Assembly: GCA_011620345.1 (NCBI GenBank)
Contig: WOZJ01000050.1
Span: 66,495-130,494 of the forward strand
Direction: 5' to 3'
DNA: 64,000 nucleotides
Source of the DNA: Nitrospirota bacterium
GTDB lineage: Bacteria > UBA2233
The notes beneath the pieces are model-generated. The model saw nothing but the letters and a program-made list of their open reading frames with translations, was not told the origin of the DNA and made no database searches. Position 1 is the first letter of the stretch; every line of letters begins with the position of its first letter. Both the position numbers and the translations under genes were made by a program. This document shows, in pieces, positions 29,202-38,225 of the stretch.

Positions 29202-30004
29202 TCCTTGACCATCCTAGAATGGGCAGAGCAAAGAGGAATGTCCTGCGAAAGGCCTGCGTTTTGGGCCTCATCAGGCCCGTAAAGGGCGATCAACTCATGG
29301 TGCCAATGCGCGTTGTGCAAGCTGCACCTTGCATCGTCACAAAACGCGTTGCCCGTTCGTAAATACGCAAGCGCTTGAAGCGCAAGCCCGGCAACGACCC
29401 GAGGCAGCCTTGAATCCCCATGATCGATGAACAGGGCCTTGAAGGCTCTATTGAGGCCGGCCGGGTCCAACCCGGATCGCTTCAAGAGGTAGTATTCCCT
29501 TGGCTTTGCAGGGGCAAGAACGATGCCTGGAATCGAGATGAGCGCCGGGAAGCCTAAGACATTCATCCGCAAATGGTAACGGCGGTCCGAAGGTTCGAAC
29601 GTTGCCAGCAAGTCGGGCAAAAGCACTACAGGAAGGCTTGATAGGCGGGAAAAACCGGCTTGCTTCAGCAATGGCCGCAGAAAAACTTGAAGCAAGGCCC
29701 CCTCGTAAGGAATGCCGTAAGGTTTTTTTTCCGGGCTGGTCAAAAACCGGCCTTCAAAGGCGACCTCTGCCGGGAAGGGTTCTACGCTTTCGTTAGGGCC
29801 TACCTTGGCCGTAAGCTCTTTGATTCGCAGCTTGGCGAGCATCCCCGCGAGCGTTTCTTTGTCGGCGTTTTTTTCTTCCAAGATAACGCGGTATACATAG
29901 GGCGCGAAAGCGGGGAGGGGAGAGCCCGTTTCCTCGATGGAGGCCTTTAGCTTACGGGCTTCTCCCCCTAGGAGCTCTTCGGCCCCTAATACGACCCAGT
30001 CCAT
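29183..30004 (-). CDS. uncharacterised protein with C-terminal Cys/His cluster, in an operon with thi4 and thiF
   Basis: 273 aa with no recognisable motif except the C-terminal segment CDDARCSLHNAHWHHE...PLCSAH (possible metal site). It overlaps dedA by 19 nt and starts 20 nt after thi4, so co-transcription is implied. Confidence 0.5.
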   Translation of the reverse strand: MDWVVLGAEELLGGEARKLKASIEETGSPLPAFAPYVYRVILEEKNADKETLAGMLAKLRIKELTAKVGPNESVEPFPAEVAFEGRFLTSPEKKPYGIPYEGALLQVFLRPLLKQAGFSRLSSLPVVLLPDLLATFEPSDRRYHLRMNVLGFPALISIPGIVLAPAKPREYYLLKRSGLDPAGLNRAFKALFIDHGDSRLPRVVAGLALQALAYLRTGNAFCDDARCSLHNAHWHHELIALYGPDEAQNAGLSQDIPLCSAHSRMVKDWKVTP

Positions 30005-30023
30005 GGCCGCTTCTTGTTTCTCG

Positions 30024-30821
30024 CTAACGCCCTATTTTTAGGCTTTCCAGGATTGTCTCGGCCACGCGCTTGCCAGAAAGAAGCATACCCGAGAACGTCG
30101 GCCCCATTCTTGGGATTCCATACGTCGTCGTTACGGACATGCCGCAGACGAAAAGCCCCGGGTAGACCTCCCCCGTGTGTTCGACAACAAGGTCCTCGGA
30201 GGCCTCGACCCACATGGAGCCGTGCCCTGGCACCTTGAGCAACCCCTTGGATTCGAGCATCTTGACAACGAGGGCATCATGACCCGTCGCGTCCACGACG
30301 ATTTTCGTTTCCAGGGCGATTGGGTCCACGCAGGTGATTTCTCTCGGTAGCGCCCTGACAGGCGTCCAGTTGACGACCACGCCCTGAACACGGTTGTCTC
30401 TAAGGACGACGTCATCGAAGATCGTCATGTTTGCAAACTTGACCCCAGCATCGCAGGCGGATGCGATGAGTTTTGAGCATGCGTGAGGCCCGTCGGCTAC
30501 GAAAAGACCCTCTTGAGCCTTTTCGTAGGGCACGCCGATCTCATCGAGCACTTTCTCGCCCGGAGCACGGAACGTCACCTTGTTTAGCAGGTATCCCCCG
30601 ATCCAGAACCCGCCGCCCAGATAGTTGTTCCGCTCGACGATGAGCGTTTTTAACCCTTGCCTTGCAAGGTCCCTCCCGGCTATCAGCCCGCTCGGGCCGG
30701 CACCAACGATGATGCAGTCAGACTCTACATACTCGACGAACTGCTTGGCAAAGGTATTGACGATAGCCCTGGTGATTTCCTTTTCCCCTACGGGGGCAAA
30801 CAAACGACCCTCTTGCGCCAC
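30024..30821 (-). CDS. thi4: Thi4-family thiazole synthase (His-type, non-suicidal/sulfide-dependent class)
   Basis: ...[19 protein letters not shown]... (FAD/NAD fold). ...[12 protein letters not shown]... has His at the position of the yeast active-site Cys. ...[29 protein letters not shown]. Confidence 0.85.
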   Translation of the reverse strand: MAQEGRLFAPVGEKEITRAIVNTFAKQFVEYVESDCIIVGAGPSGLIAGRDLARQGLKTLIVERNNYLGGGFWIGGYLLNKVTFRAPGEKVLDEIGVPYEKAQEGLFVADGPHACSKLIASACDAGVKFANMTIFDDVVLRDNRVQGVVVNWTPVRALPREITCVDPIALETKIVVDATGHDALVVKMLESKGLLKVPGHGSMWVEASEDLVVEHTGEVYPGLFVCGMSVTTTYGIPRMGPTFSGMLLSGKRVAETILESLKIGR

Positions 30822-30887
30822 TACGCACTCCCAAAGATTTAATTTAAGGATTTGCTAAAACACCTCTTCCATTTTATCCTGCCGGGA

Positions 30888-31625
30888 TTAGCCCTGGCAA
30901 GCGATACAACCGGCCAGTTTTACAACACGGATCCGGGTGCATTCGAGCGAAAGCGTTCGGATAAAATGAATGCTCCCTGCCGTTGAAGAAGGGAGGCCCA
31001 GTAGCCATTTAAGAGCCTCGAGCGCTTGAAGGACCCCGAGAAGCCCCGGCGTAGTTCCGATCACCGGGAAAGGGCTCGAGGCGGCGGGCGGCCTGCGTTT
31101 TCCCAGATAGCAGGCATAGCAGGCCGTTTTTCCTGGGACGAACAGGCCGACCTCGCCGTCAAACCCGTGGACGGCGGCATGAACGAAAGGGATGCGAGCT
31201 CTGAAGCAGGCCTCGTTAAGAAGGATCCGAGATGGAAGGTTGTCTAGGCAATCTAGCGCGATATCGATGTCGCAAAGCAGGCGTTCTGCGCTTTGGGAAT
31301 GAAATTCTTCCTGAAATGCCTCGATCGCCACCGCAGGGTTGGCTTTGGTTAGCTTGTCTTTTGCCGATTCGACCTTCGGCCTTCCTATGTCGGAAGACGT
31401 ATGGAGGGTTTGCCGGTTCAAGTTGGAAGCCTCCACCCGGTCGCGGTCGATCAGCCGAAGCTTGCCGATTCCGGCGTAAGCCAAGTACGTTGCGGCCGGG
31501 CTCCCCAACCCGCCCACGCCGATGAGGGCTACCGAGGCGTTCTTCAGGCGTTCCTGGCCTTCTTCCTGAACCTCGGGCAGGAGCAATTGCCGCTGGTAGC
31601 GTTCATGCTCCTGCTCGGTCAGCAT
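30888..31625 (-). CDS. ThiF/MoeB-family E1-like adenylyltransferase
   Basis: ...RYQRQLLLPEVQEEGQERLKNASVALIGVGGLGSPAATYLAYAGIG...DRD.VEASNLNRQ... C-terminal CxxC pairs (CYACY...CIACQ). Confidence 0.8.
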   Translation of the reverse strand: MLTEQEHERYQRQLLLPEVQEEGQERLKNASVALIGVGGLGSPAATYLAYAGIGKLRLIDRDRVEASNLNRQTLHTSSDIGRPKVESAKDKLTKANPAVAIEAFQEEFHSQSAERLLCDIDIALDCLDNLPSRILLNEACFRARIPFVHAAVHGFDGEVGLFVPGKTACYACYLGKRRPPAASSPFPVIGTTPGLLGVLQALEALKWLLGLPSSTAGSIHFIRTLSLECTRIRVVKLAGCIACQG

Positions 31626-31731
31626 CTTTCCAATTCCTGGTCATCAAATAACATAAGCGAGCGCCGTCGGTCGTGTACTTACATCTCAATTCTAGAGGCA
31701 GAAGCATCCTTCGGGCAAGGCCGCGGCCCTG

Positions 31732-33600
31732 TTACTCTTCTAGTGTCGAAACGTCTCCCGTATCAAGCCCTAGCTCTTTCGCCCTCAAGAGCCTCCTTAA
31801 AATCTTTCCGCTCCTCGTTTTTGGCAAATTGTCCATAAAAAGGATACTTTCTGGCTTCGCGATAGGACCGACTTCGTGGCCGACGTGCGCCTTGAGCTCT
31901 TCTTCGAGAGCTATGGAGGGGGAGAACCCTGGTTTTAGTGCGACGAAGGCCTTGATCACGTTACCTTTGATGTCGTGCGGGACACCGATCACGGCCGCCT
32001 CGGCCACAGCAGGATGGGAAACAAGCCCGCTTTCAACCTCTGCCGTGCCGAGCCTGTAGCCAGATACCTTGATAATTTCGTCCGAACGCCCGATGACCCA
32101 GAAGTACCCGTCTTCGTCCAGCCTTGCCGTATCGCCGGTAAAGTATTTTCCTGGAAATTTACTGAAATAGATCCGCTGAAACTCTTCCGGGTCTTTGTAG
32201 AGTGTCCTGGCAAGTGAAGGGAAGGGCCGTGTAAGGACAAGGTAGCCCTCCTCGTTCGGGCCGCAGGGTTCGCCCGATTCCGTGAGAATCTCTGCTCCCA
32301 TTCCAGGCAGAGGCTTGGCGCATGAGCCGGGCTTAAGCGGCGTCTCTGGAAGGGGAGAGATGCAGATCATCCCGGTTTCGGTCTGCCAGTAGGTGTCCAT
32401 GATGGGGCACTGCCCATCGCCGACCGCTCGATGGAACCATTTCCAGGCGGCAGGGTTGATGGGCTCGCCAACGCTGCCTAAGAGCCTTAGCTGCTTCAAG
32501 TCATGGCGCTTGGGCCAGGCATCGCCGTAACGCATCAACCCGCGGATGGCCGTGGGAGTCGTGTAGAAGATGCTGATGCCGTACTTGGAAATGAGATGCC
32601 ACCACCTGTCTGGGTAAGGGGTGGATGGCCCGCCCTCGTAAAGCAAGAGCGTGGCGCCGTTTATCAGGGGGCCGTAGGTCACGTAGGTATGACCCGTAAT
32701 CCAACCTGGGTCTGCCGTACAGAAGTAGCGGTCTTCGTCTCGGATATCGAACACCCATTTGGTCGAGCAGTACGCCCCGACCATATAGCCGCCGTGGACA
32801 TGCACGACGCCTTTGGGCTTGCCCGTGGTGCCCGAGGTGTAGAGGATAAACAGCGGGTCTTCGGCATCCATTGGCTCAGTTTGGACCAAATTGGCCAGCT
32901 TGAGGCTCATCAGGTCGTGGTAGAAGTAGTCACGGCCGGGCTCCATCGAGACCTCCTGGCCGATGTGCTTGACCACGATGACGGACTCTAAGCTTGGCAC
33001 CCTCTTGATGGCCTCGGTTGCTATTTCTTTGAGCGGGACAACCTTTCCGTTCATGTATCCGCCGTCCGCCGTGATCAATAGGCGTGATTCCGCTGACATC
33101 ATCCTCTCTCTTAGGGCATCCGTGCTGAAGCCTCCGTACACGACGCTGTGGACGGCGCCGATTTTGGCGGTTGCGAGCATTGCGATGACCTGCTCGGGAA
33201 TCCTGGGCATGTAGATCGTGACGCGATCGCCCTTGTTGATGCCCATGCTTTTTAATACGGTGGCAAGGCGTGTCACTTCCCGGTTCAGCGCATGGTAGCT
33301 AAGCGTCCTCGTTTCACCGTTTTCGCCCTCCCAGATGATGGCAAGCTTGTTCTTTCTCCACGTTTTGGCGTGGCGATCGAGCGTGTTGGCTACGATGTTG
33401 CATTTCCCGCCAAGGAACCACTTTCCCGTAACGCCGTTTCCTTCAAACACGGCTTGAAAATCCTGGAACCACTCCAGCTCGCGGGCTATCCCGGCCCAAA
33501 AATCGATCGGGTCCTCCTCGGCCTTTTTCGAGAGCTCCTCGTAGGCTGGCCGATCGGGACGCGATAACGTATCGGGCGGGAGATAAACTTCTGTTGTCAT
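31732..33600 (-). CDS. acs: acetyl-CoA synthetase (AMP-forming)
   Basis: ...YTSGTTGKPKGVVH... (AMP-binding motif), ...WWQTETG..., ...GDTARLDEDGYFWVIGRSDEIIKVSGYRLGTAEVES.... Start placed at ATG 33600 (MTTEVY), which is preceded by AGGATGGG; the alternative ATG at 33630 lies inside the palindrome. Confidence 0.85.
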   Translation of the reverse strand: MTTEVYLPPDTLSRPDRPAYEELSKKAEEDPIDFWAGIARELEWFQDFQAVFEGNGVTGKWFLGGKCNIVANTLDRHAKTWRKNKLAIIWEGENGETRTLSYHALNREVTRLATVLKSMGINKGDRVTIYMPRIPEQVIAMLATAKIGAVHSVVYGGFSTDALRERMMSAESRLLITADGGYMNGKVVPLKEIATEAIKRVPSLESVIVVKHIGQEVSMEPGRDYFYHDLMSLKLANLVQTEPMDAEDPLFILYTSGTTGKPKGVVHVHGGYMVGAYCSTKWVFDIRDEDRYFCTADPGWITGHTYVTYGPLINGATLLLYEGGPSTPYPDRWWHLISKYGISIFYTTPTAIRGLMRYGDAWPKRHDLKQLRLLGSVGEPINPAAWKWFHRAVGDGQCPIMDTYWQTETGMICISPLPETPLKPGSCAKPLPGMGAEILTESGEPCGPNEEGYLVLTRPFPSLARTLYKDPEEFQRIYFSKFPGKYFTGDTARLDEDGYFWVIGRSDEIIKVSGYRLGTAEVESGLVSHPAVAEAAVIGVPHDIKGNVIKAFVALKPGFSPSIALEEELKAHVGHEVGPIAKPESILFMDNLPKTRSGKILRRLLRAKELGLDTGDVSTLEE

Positions 33601-33625
33601 TGGAACCCATCCTAGTTGTTCATCA

Positions 33626-33654
33626 AACATTAGTATTTACTATATACTAATGTT
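33626..33654. promoter_or_regulatory. 29-bp AT-rich palindrome upstream of acs (candidate operator)
   Basis: AACATTAGTAT-ttactat-ATACTAATGTT: perfect 11-bp arms. It shares TTAGTAT/ATACTAA half-sites with the elements at 28512 and 47852. Confidence 0.5.
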
Positions 33655-33702
33655 ATGCATACAGCAAAGACCGGAAAGAAAGCCGTACGTTCTAAGGCTG
33701 GT

Positions 33703-34404
33703 TCAAGGCCGCACGCCGTACCCAAGGGACGACTGCAAGAATTCAAAGAGCTTTCGCTTAATCAAGGGGGCGCTTGGGCCCTCCAGCAAGCGGGTGCCGT
33801 GCGCTGAGCCTTCCACGAGTAGGATCTCTTTGGGTTCCGGGGCGTGGGCGTAGAAGTGCTTCGCGCTGTCGTAGGCTGCTGCATCGCTCTTTGCCGCAAC
33901 AAAGAGCTTTGGAGGCTTGAGCTCGGAAACCTTCGAGCGGGCGTCCAAGCCTTGGAAAGCAGCCGGGGCCGAGAGCGTCACGACCCCTTTGACCTTCGGA
34001 TGATTGCCCTCGAGAATGCTTGCCGTGCCGCCCATGCTCGCACCGATCAGAACCATGCACGTCACGCGTTCTGCCATGAAACGGACGGCGGCGTTCATGT
34101 CGAGCGCGATCCTTGAGATGTCCTTGGACCCTTCGGAGTTTCCATATCCCCGAAAGTTGAACGTAAGTACGGGATATCCCTTTCTAGCCAGGTCCTTTGC
34201 CAACGCCTCGTAGCTCGTCTGGTCGGCGGGAAACATATGAGCGCATACAACGCCTTTCTTCATCCCGCCGGGGTAGAAGCGCCCTTCGAGGGTCAGGCCG
34301 TCTGGCGTCTTGAATAGGACGGGTTCGAAGGCCGGTTGCGCGCTCGATGCCTTAAAGAAAAAAAACCCGCACAAGATTGCCAAGGCCAAGGAGGCATACT
34401 TCAT
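33703..34404 (-). CDS. secreted alpha/beta hydrolase (dienelactone hydrolase/BAAT-like)
   Basis: Signal peptide MKYASLALAILCGFFFFKASSA. ...FNFRGYGNSEG..., nucleophile elbow GASMGG, ...EGSAHG. Confidence 0.7.
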   Translation of the reverse strand: MKYASLALAILCGFFFFKASSAQPAFEPVLFKTPDGLTLEGRFYPGGMKKGVVCAHMFPADQTSYEALAKDLARKGYPVLTFNFRGYGNSEGSKDISRIALDMNAAVRFMAERVTCMVLIGASMGGTASILEGNHPKVKGVVTLSAPAAFQGLDARSKVSELKPPKLFVAAKSDAAAYDSAKHFYAHAPEPKEILLVEGSAHGTRLLEGPSAPLIKRKLFEFLQSSLGYGVRP

Positions 34405-34424
34405 GGTGTACCCTTACTCGTTGC

Positions 34425-35204
34425 TTAAAACGTGTTCCTGAGCTCCCTTAATTTTAAAAAGCAAGCTTTAGGGTCATGGGGATCGAGCCCAACGCTTGAA
34501 GCCATCTTCTGCGCCAACTTGGGGCTAAAGACCATCAAGAAAGGGTTGTTCTCCCTCTCGTCTTCGAGGGTTGAGAAAGGGACTCCGGAGCTTGCGTGGG
34601 CTTGCTCCATCTTCTTTTGGAGCCCGTCAATTCCATAAAAGTCAGGCAGAATGGATTTAAGGAAGGATAGGTTCTTTGGAGAGTAGTCGTGGCCCGGCAA
34701 AACCATGAGATGACCGGGCAACTGTGCATAGACCCTCTTGAACGTATCATAAAGGACCTCGACATTTCCGCCGACATTTGGGTTTCCGCAGCCCAAGAAA
34801 AACAACGTATCCCCCGTTATGAGCGCTTCGTGCTCGACCTCAAACGTAAGCCCCCCCTTGGTATGGCCTGGCGTGTCGTGAACCTTGATGGAAATGCCCG
34901 CCAAGTCAAGAACCTGCCCACCCTCGATGGGATAGCGGAGCATGGGGATGGCCTCGGCTTCCCGGGCAGGCCCATAAACCGGGATGCTGTACGCTTTGGC
35001 CAGGCGTTCGTTTCCTTGGGTGTGGTCAGGATGCGAATGGGTGTTCAGAATCGCGGCGGGCTTAAGGCCGAGAGTCTTTAGGGAACGCTCGACCTTCTCC
35101 GGGTCGGTCGGGTCCACAACGAGAGCGTGTCCCATTTCTCGATCGAAGACAAGGTAGGAAAGGTTGTCCTGAGCGCACAAGACGTAGACGTGCTGCCAAG
35201 CCAT
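34425..35204 (-). CDS. gloB: hydroxyacylglutathione hydrolase (metallo-beta-lactamase fold)
   Basis: ...LNTHSHPDHTQGN... (HxHxDH), ...HDTPGHTKGG..., ...LPGHDY..., plus a C-terminal GloB-specific domain. Confidence 0.8.
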   Translation of the reverse strand: MAWQHVYVLCAQDNLSYLVFDREMGHALVVDPTDPEKVERSLKTLGLKPAAILNTHSHPDHTQGNERLAKAYSIPVYGPAREAEAIPMLRYPIEGGQVLDLAGISIKVHDTPGHTKGGLTFEVEHEALITGDTLFFLGCGNPNVGGNVEVLYDTFKRVYAQLPGHLMVLPGHDYSPKNLSFLKSILPDFYGIDGLQKKMEQAHASSGVPFSTLEDERENNPFLMVFSPKLAQKMASSVGLDPHDPKACFLKLRELRNTF

Positions 35205-35327
35205 TGTTCGTCCTCCTTTGATGAAAACTTCTATAACTTAGTGTTCCTTACTCTGGGCTCCGTTGCAACTCTTGGCCGAGCGTGGCTTGCATGCTATGTT
35301 GAAGGGATGAGGTGTTCTCAAAGCGCG

Positions 35328-36053
35328 ATGGACGTCCAAGAAAGAGCGCCCGAAATTGAGCAGGTTTGCGCCAGGTATTGCGAGGTTCGCTCAAAGGTAA
35401 GGGAGCTAGGGCTGCGCCATCACGGCTCTTCGGAGGCCGTAGCGCTTCTTTTGGCGTCCAAAAGACAGCCCGCCTGGATTCTTGGGCCACTCGCCAAGGA
35501 GGGGGCCAGGCTGTTTGGGGAGAATTATGTCCAGGAGGCGAGGGCCAAGATGGCCGAGCTGCAAGGCCTGTCCGCCGAATGGCACCTCATCGGTACGCTC
35601 CAGGCAAACAAGGCCAAAAAAGCGATCGAGAGTTTTTCGGTCATCCAGACGCTTGATACGATCGAGCTCGCTCAAAGGCTAAACAGCCTAGCCGAGGACA
35701 TGCATCGCCGGGTGCGGTGCTTGGTCGAGGTAAACATTGGGGCGGAACAGACGAAGGCCGGCGTTTTCCCGGGCGATCTCATGGGCTTCTTGGAGAAGAT
35801 GCTATCCTTTTCCTCGCTCGAGGTCCTTGGACTCATGGCCATTCCTCCTCTAGAGCTCGAAATTGACGCCTCTCGAAGGCACTTTGAGAGGATGTACGGA
35901 CTCTTTCAAGGGGCGAAGGATGCAGGCTACCCGATGCACTGGCTTTCGATGGGAACGAGCCATGACTTTGAGCAGGCTATCGGAGCGGGTGCCAACATGG
36001 TGCGTGTCGGAACGCGCGTATTCGGCCCGAGGCAGGCGGGCAAACTTCAATAG
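35328..36053 (+). CDS. yggS: YggS-family pyridoxal-phosphate homeostasis protein
   Basis: ...LLLASKRQP... (PLP-Lys), ...FGENYVQE..., ...WHLIGTLQANKAK..., ...MVRVGTRVFGPR. Start at MDVQERA (35328). Confidence 0.8.
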   Translation: MDVQERAPEIEQVCARYCEVRSKVRELGLRHHGSSEAVALLLASKRQPAWILGPLAKEGARLFGENYVQEARAKMAELQGLSAEWHLIGTLQANKAKKAIESFSVIQTLDTIELAQRLNSLAEDMHRRVRCLVEVNIGAEQTKAGVFPGDLMGFLEKMLSFSSLEVLGLMAIPPLELEIDASRRHFERMYGLFQGAKDAGYPMHWLSMGTSHDFEQAIGAGANMVRVGTRVFGPRQAGKLQ

Positions 36054-36072
36054 AATCGATTAGGGGAATTAC

Positions 36073-36915
36073 GTGGATCAAGAGGCACCTGGCGGGGTGT
36101 TCCCTTTGGTGATCGTCGGGCTTGGGCAGATGGGCTCGGCGATGGCCAAGGGGATCGTTGGAGCTTATCCTCGAGCCAAGGGTTTGATATTCGGCCACGA
36201 CCAGGATCCCTTGAGGGTTGCTGAAGCAGAGGCTTTCGGGCTCGAAGGGACAAAAAAATTGGAAGAGGTCCTATCGAGAGCAAGGACGATTCTTTTGGCA
36301 CTGAAACCCTTGCAGGTTCTTCCTTGGCTTCGTTTGTACCGGGAGACGTTTGGAAAGGACGTTATGCTTATTTCTATCGCCGCGGGCGTCCCTATCAAGG
36401 CCTTTCGCGAAGTCCTCGAGGAAAAGGCCCATGTGGCAAGGGTCATGCCGAACCTGGCGGTTGCACTCAGGACATGCCCGGTGGGGGTTTCGTGTGAGCC
36501 TGGGTTTCCTGAAGAAAAAAAAGTCTCGCTGATAGAGGCCCTTTCTTTGGTAGGGATGCCGATTGAGCTTGAGGAAGGGCAGCTGGATGCGCTTACGGCG
36601 CTTTCCAGTTCGGGCATTGCCTTTGTCTGGCATGCCCTAGAGGGCTTTGCGGCGGCCGGTGTAAGGCTTGGTTTACCTCCTGCACTTTCCAGGAAGGTCG
36701 CCGTAGAAACGTTTTTGGGGGCCGGGATGCTGGCGAAGGAGGATGAGGCCGCTTCGCTTGCGAGCCTAAAAGAGCGGGTGACCACACCCAAAGGGACGAC
36801 GATGGAAGGGCTTTTTGTTTTAGAAAGGCTAGGGCTTAAAGGGATTTTGATCGAAGCGATCACGAGCGCCTACAATCGCACGCAGGCAATGCTTTCACCC
36901 CAAAAAGGAGTTTAA
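36073..36915 (+). CDS. proC: pyrroline-5-carboxylate reductase
   Basis: ...VIVGLGQMGSAMAKGI... NADP fold and C-terminal ...TTPKGTTMEGLFVLERLGLKGILIEAITSA. Confidence 0.85.
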   Translation: MDQEAPGGVFPLVIVGLGQMGSAMAKGIVGAYPRAKGLIFGHDQDPLRVAEAEAFGLEGTKKLEEVLSRARTILLALKPLQVLPWLRLYRETFGKDVMLISIAAGVPIKAFREVLEEKAHVARVMPNLAVALRTCPVGVSCEPGFPEEKKVSLIEALSLVGMPIELEEGQLDALTALSSSGIAFVWHALEGFAAAGVRLGLPPALSRKVAVETFLGAGMLAKEDEAASLASLKERVTTPKGTTMEGLFVLERLGLKGILIEAITSAYNRTQAMLSPQKGV

Positions 36916-36920
36916 GTGTA

Positions 36921-37220
36921 ATGGTGGTTTTCTCCCGCATCTTGACCGCGCTCGCGTTTATTCTTGACCAGGCGTTGCAGCTTTACATGTGGGTGATTAT
37001 TATCGCCGCGCTGATTACATGGGTTCAGCCAAACCCCTATAACCCTGTCGTGATGTTCCTAGAAAGAATCACGGAGCCCGTTTTGCGGCCCATCCGCAGG
37101 ATCCTTCCGCCTATGGGGTTGGACATTTCGCCCGTGATAGCGATTTTTGCGATCATGTTCGTTCGTATGGTGATTCCCCCGACGCTCCGGGATATGGCGT
37201 ATTCGATCGTAGGAATATGA
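36921..37220 (+). CDS. yggT: YggT-family membrane protein
   Basis: 99 aa, 2-3 TM, ...LQLYMWVIIIAALITWV... Conserved position after yggS-proC. Confidence 0.75.
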   Translation: MVVFSRILTALAFILDQALQLYMWVIIIAALITWVQPNPYNPVVMFLERITEPVLRPIRRILPPMGLDISPVIAIFAIMFVRMVIPPTLRDMAYSIVGI

Positions 37221-37477
37221 CGCTGACCGTTCATGTCAAAACGGGGAAGTCCATCGAACGGGTCGCCCTACTCCCTGACGGGTCGCTCGAAGTGAGCACG
37301 TCCAAAAGGCCTCATGACAACGAGGCAAACCGTGCCGTGGCATCTTTGCTCTCCGAAGCGCTCGGCCTTCCAAAGCGCGCCGTAACAATCCTCAAGGGAC
37401 AGAAGAGCCATAAAAAACTCGTGATGCTGGATGGGGTTCCAAAAGAGGCCCTGTCTCGGCTCTTAAAGGAGCCATAG
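37217..37477 (+). CDS. DUF167 (YggU-like) protein
   Basis: ...LTVHVKTGKS.ERVA...DGSLEVSTSKRPHDNEANRAVASLLSEALGLPKRAVTILKGQKSHKK matches the YggU/DUF167 pattern. Confidence 0.7.
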   Translation: MTLTVHVKTGKSIERVALLPDGSLEVSTSKRPHDNEANRAVASLLSEALGLPKRAVTILKGQKSHKKLVMLDGVPKEALSRLLKEP

Positions 37478-37482
37478 GCCTT

Positions 37483-37899
37483 ATGGCATCCGGGCTTATC
37501 GAACACACGGCCGATGTTGGGTTCTGGGTAAGGGCAAGGGGGCTTGAGCACCTCTTTTTGGAGGCCCTTGAAGCGTTCGAGGGGCTTCTTACGCCTCTAG
37601 GCTGCGTCTTGCCTAAAGAGCGCCACTTTTTTGTCTTTCATGAGCAAGGAGTGGACGTCCTGTTGCACGAAGCGTTGAATGAGCTACTCTACGCGTTCGA
37701 TACCCGCAGGCTTTTGTTCTCCAGGTTCGCCATCCTTGGCTTGGATGAAGGATTGTTCGAGTTCGTAGCCTTCGGTGAAACGCTTGAGCCCGAGCGGCAT
37801 CGTATTCGGTGCATCCCTAAGGCCGTTACCTACAACGATTTTGCCATCCGGCAAGAGCCAAAGGGCTTCCTAAGCGTCCGCGTTATCTTGGATGTCTAG
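37483..37899 (+). CDS. archease
   Basis: ...EHTADVGFWVRARGLEHLFLEALEAF..., ...LNELLYAFD..., ...IPKAVTYNDFAI..., C-terminus ...VRVILDV. This matches the archease family (EHTADxG...VKAxTY...VIxDx). Confidence 0.75.
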   Translation: MASGLIEHTADVGFWVRARGLEHLFLEALEAFEGLLTPLGCVLPKERHFFVFHEQGVDVLLHEALNELLYAFDTRRLLFSRFAILGLDEGLFEFVAFGETLEPERHRIRCIPKAVTYNDFAIRQEPKGFLSVRVILDV

Positions 37900-37988
37900 G
37901 CCGTACTTTTACATGGACATGCCATTGAACCTGTACTAGGATAGAAGAAAGCGTCTTTATGCGCTTCTATGCAAGGAAGGGATGTGTC

Positions 37989-38225
37989 ATGTTTGGGATT
38001 GGGACGGGAGAACTCATTGTTATCCTCATCGTTGCACTCATTATCATCGGGCCTCAGAAGTTGCCCGAAATCGCCAAATCTCTTGGCAAGGCGATGGGTG
38101 AAGTCAAGCGGGCAACGCGGGATATCCAAGACGAGCTTAAGTTTGACGATCTACTCAACGATGAAGACCCGCCGCAAGCTCCCTCTCGCAGAACATCGCC
38201 AACCCAGCCCCCTAGGGTTTCTTGA
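37989..38225 (+). CDS. tatA: twin-arginine translocase TatA/E
   Basis: MFGIGTGELIVILIVALIIIGPQKLPEIAKSLGKAMGEVKRA is the canonical TatA. Confidence 0.85.
   Translation: MFGIGTGELIVILIVALIIIGPQKLPEIAKSLGKAMGEVKRATRDIQDELKFDDLLNDEDPPQAPSRRTSPTQPPRVS

Noticed and set aside
31626-31731. Possible TPP riboswitch upstream of thiF
   Set aside because: The 106-nt leader lacks the conserved CUGAGA / ACCUGAUCUGGAUAAUGCCAGCG core. Only a generic GC hairpin (probable acs terminator) is present.
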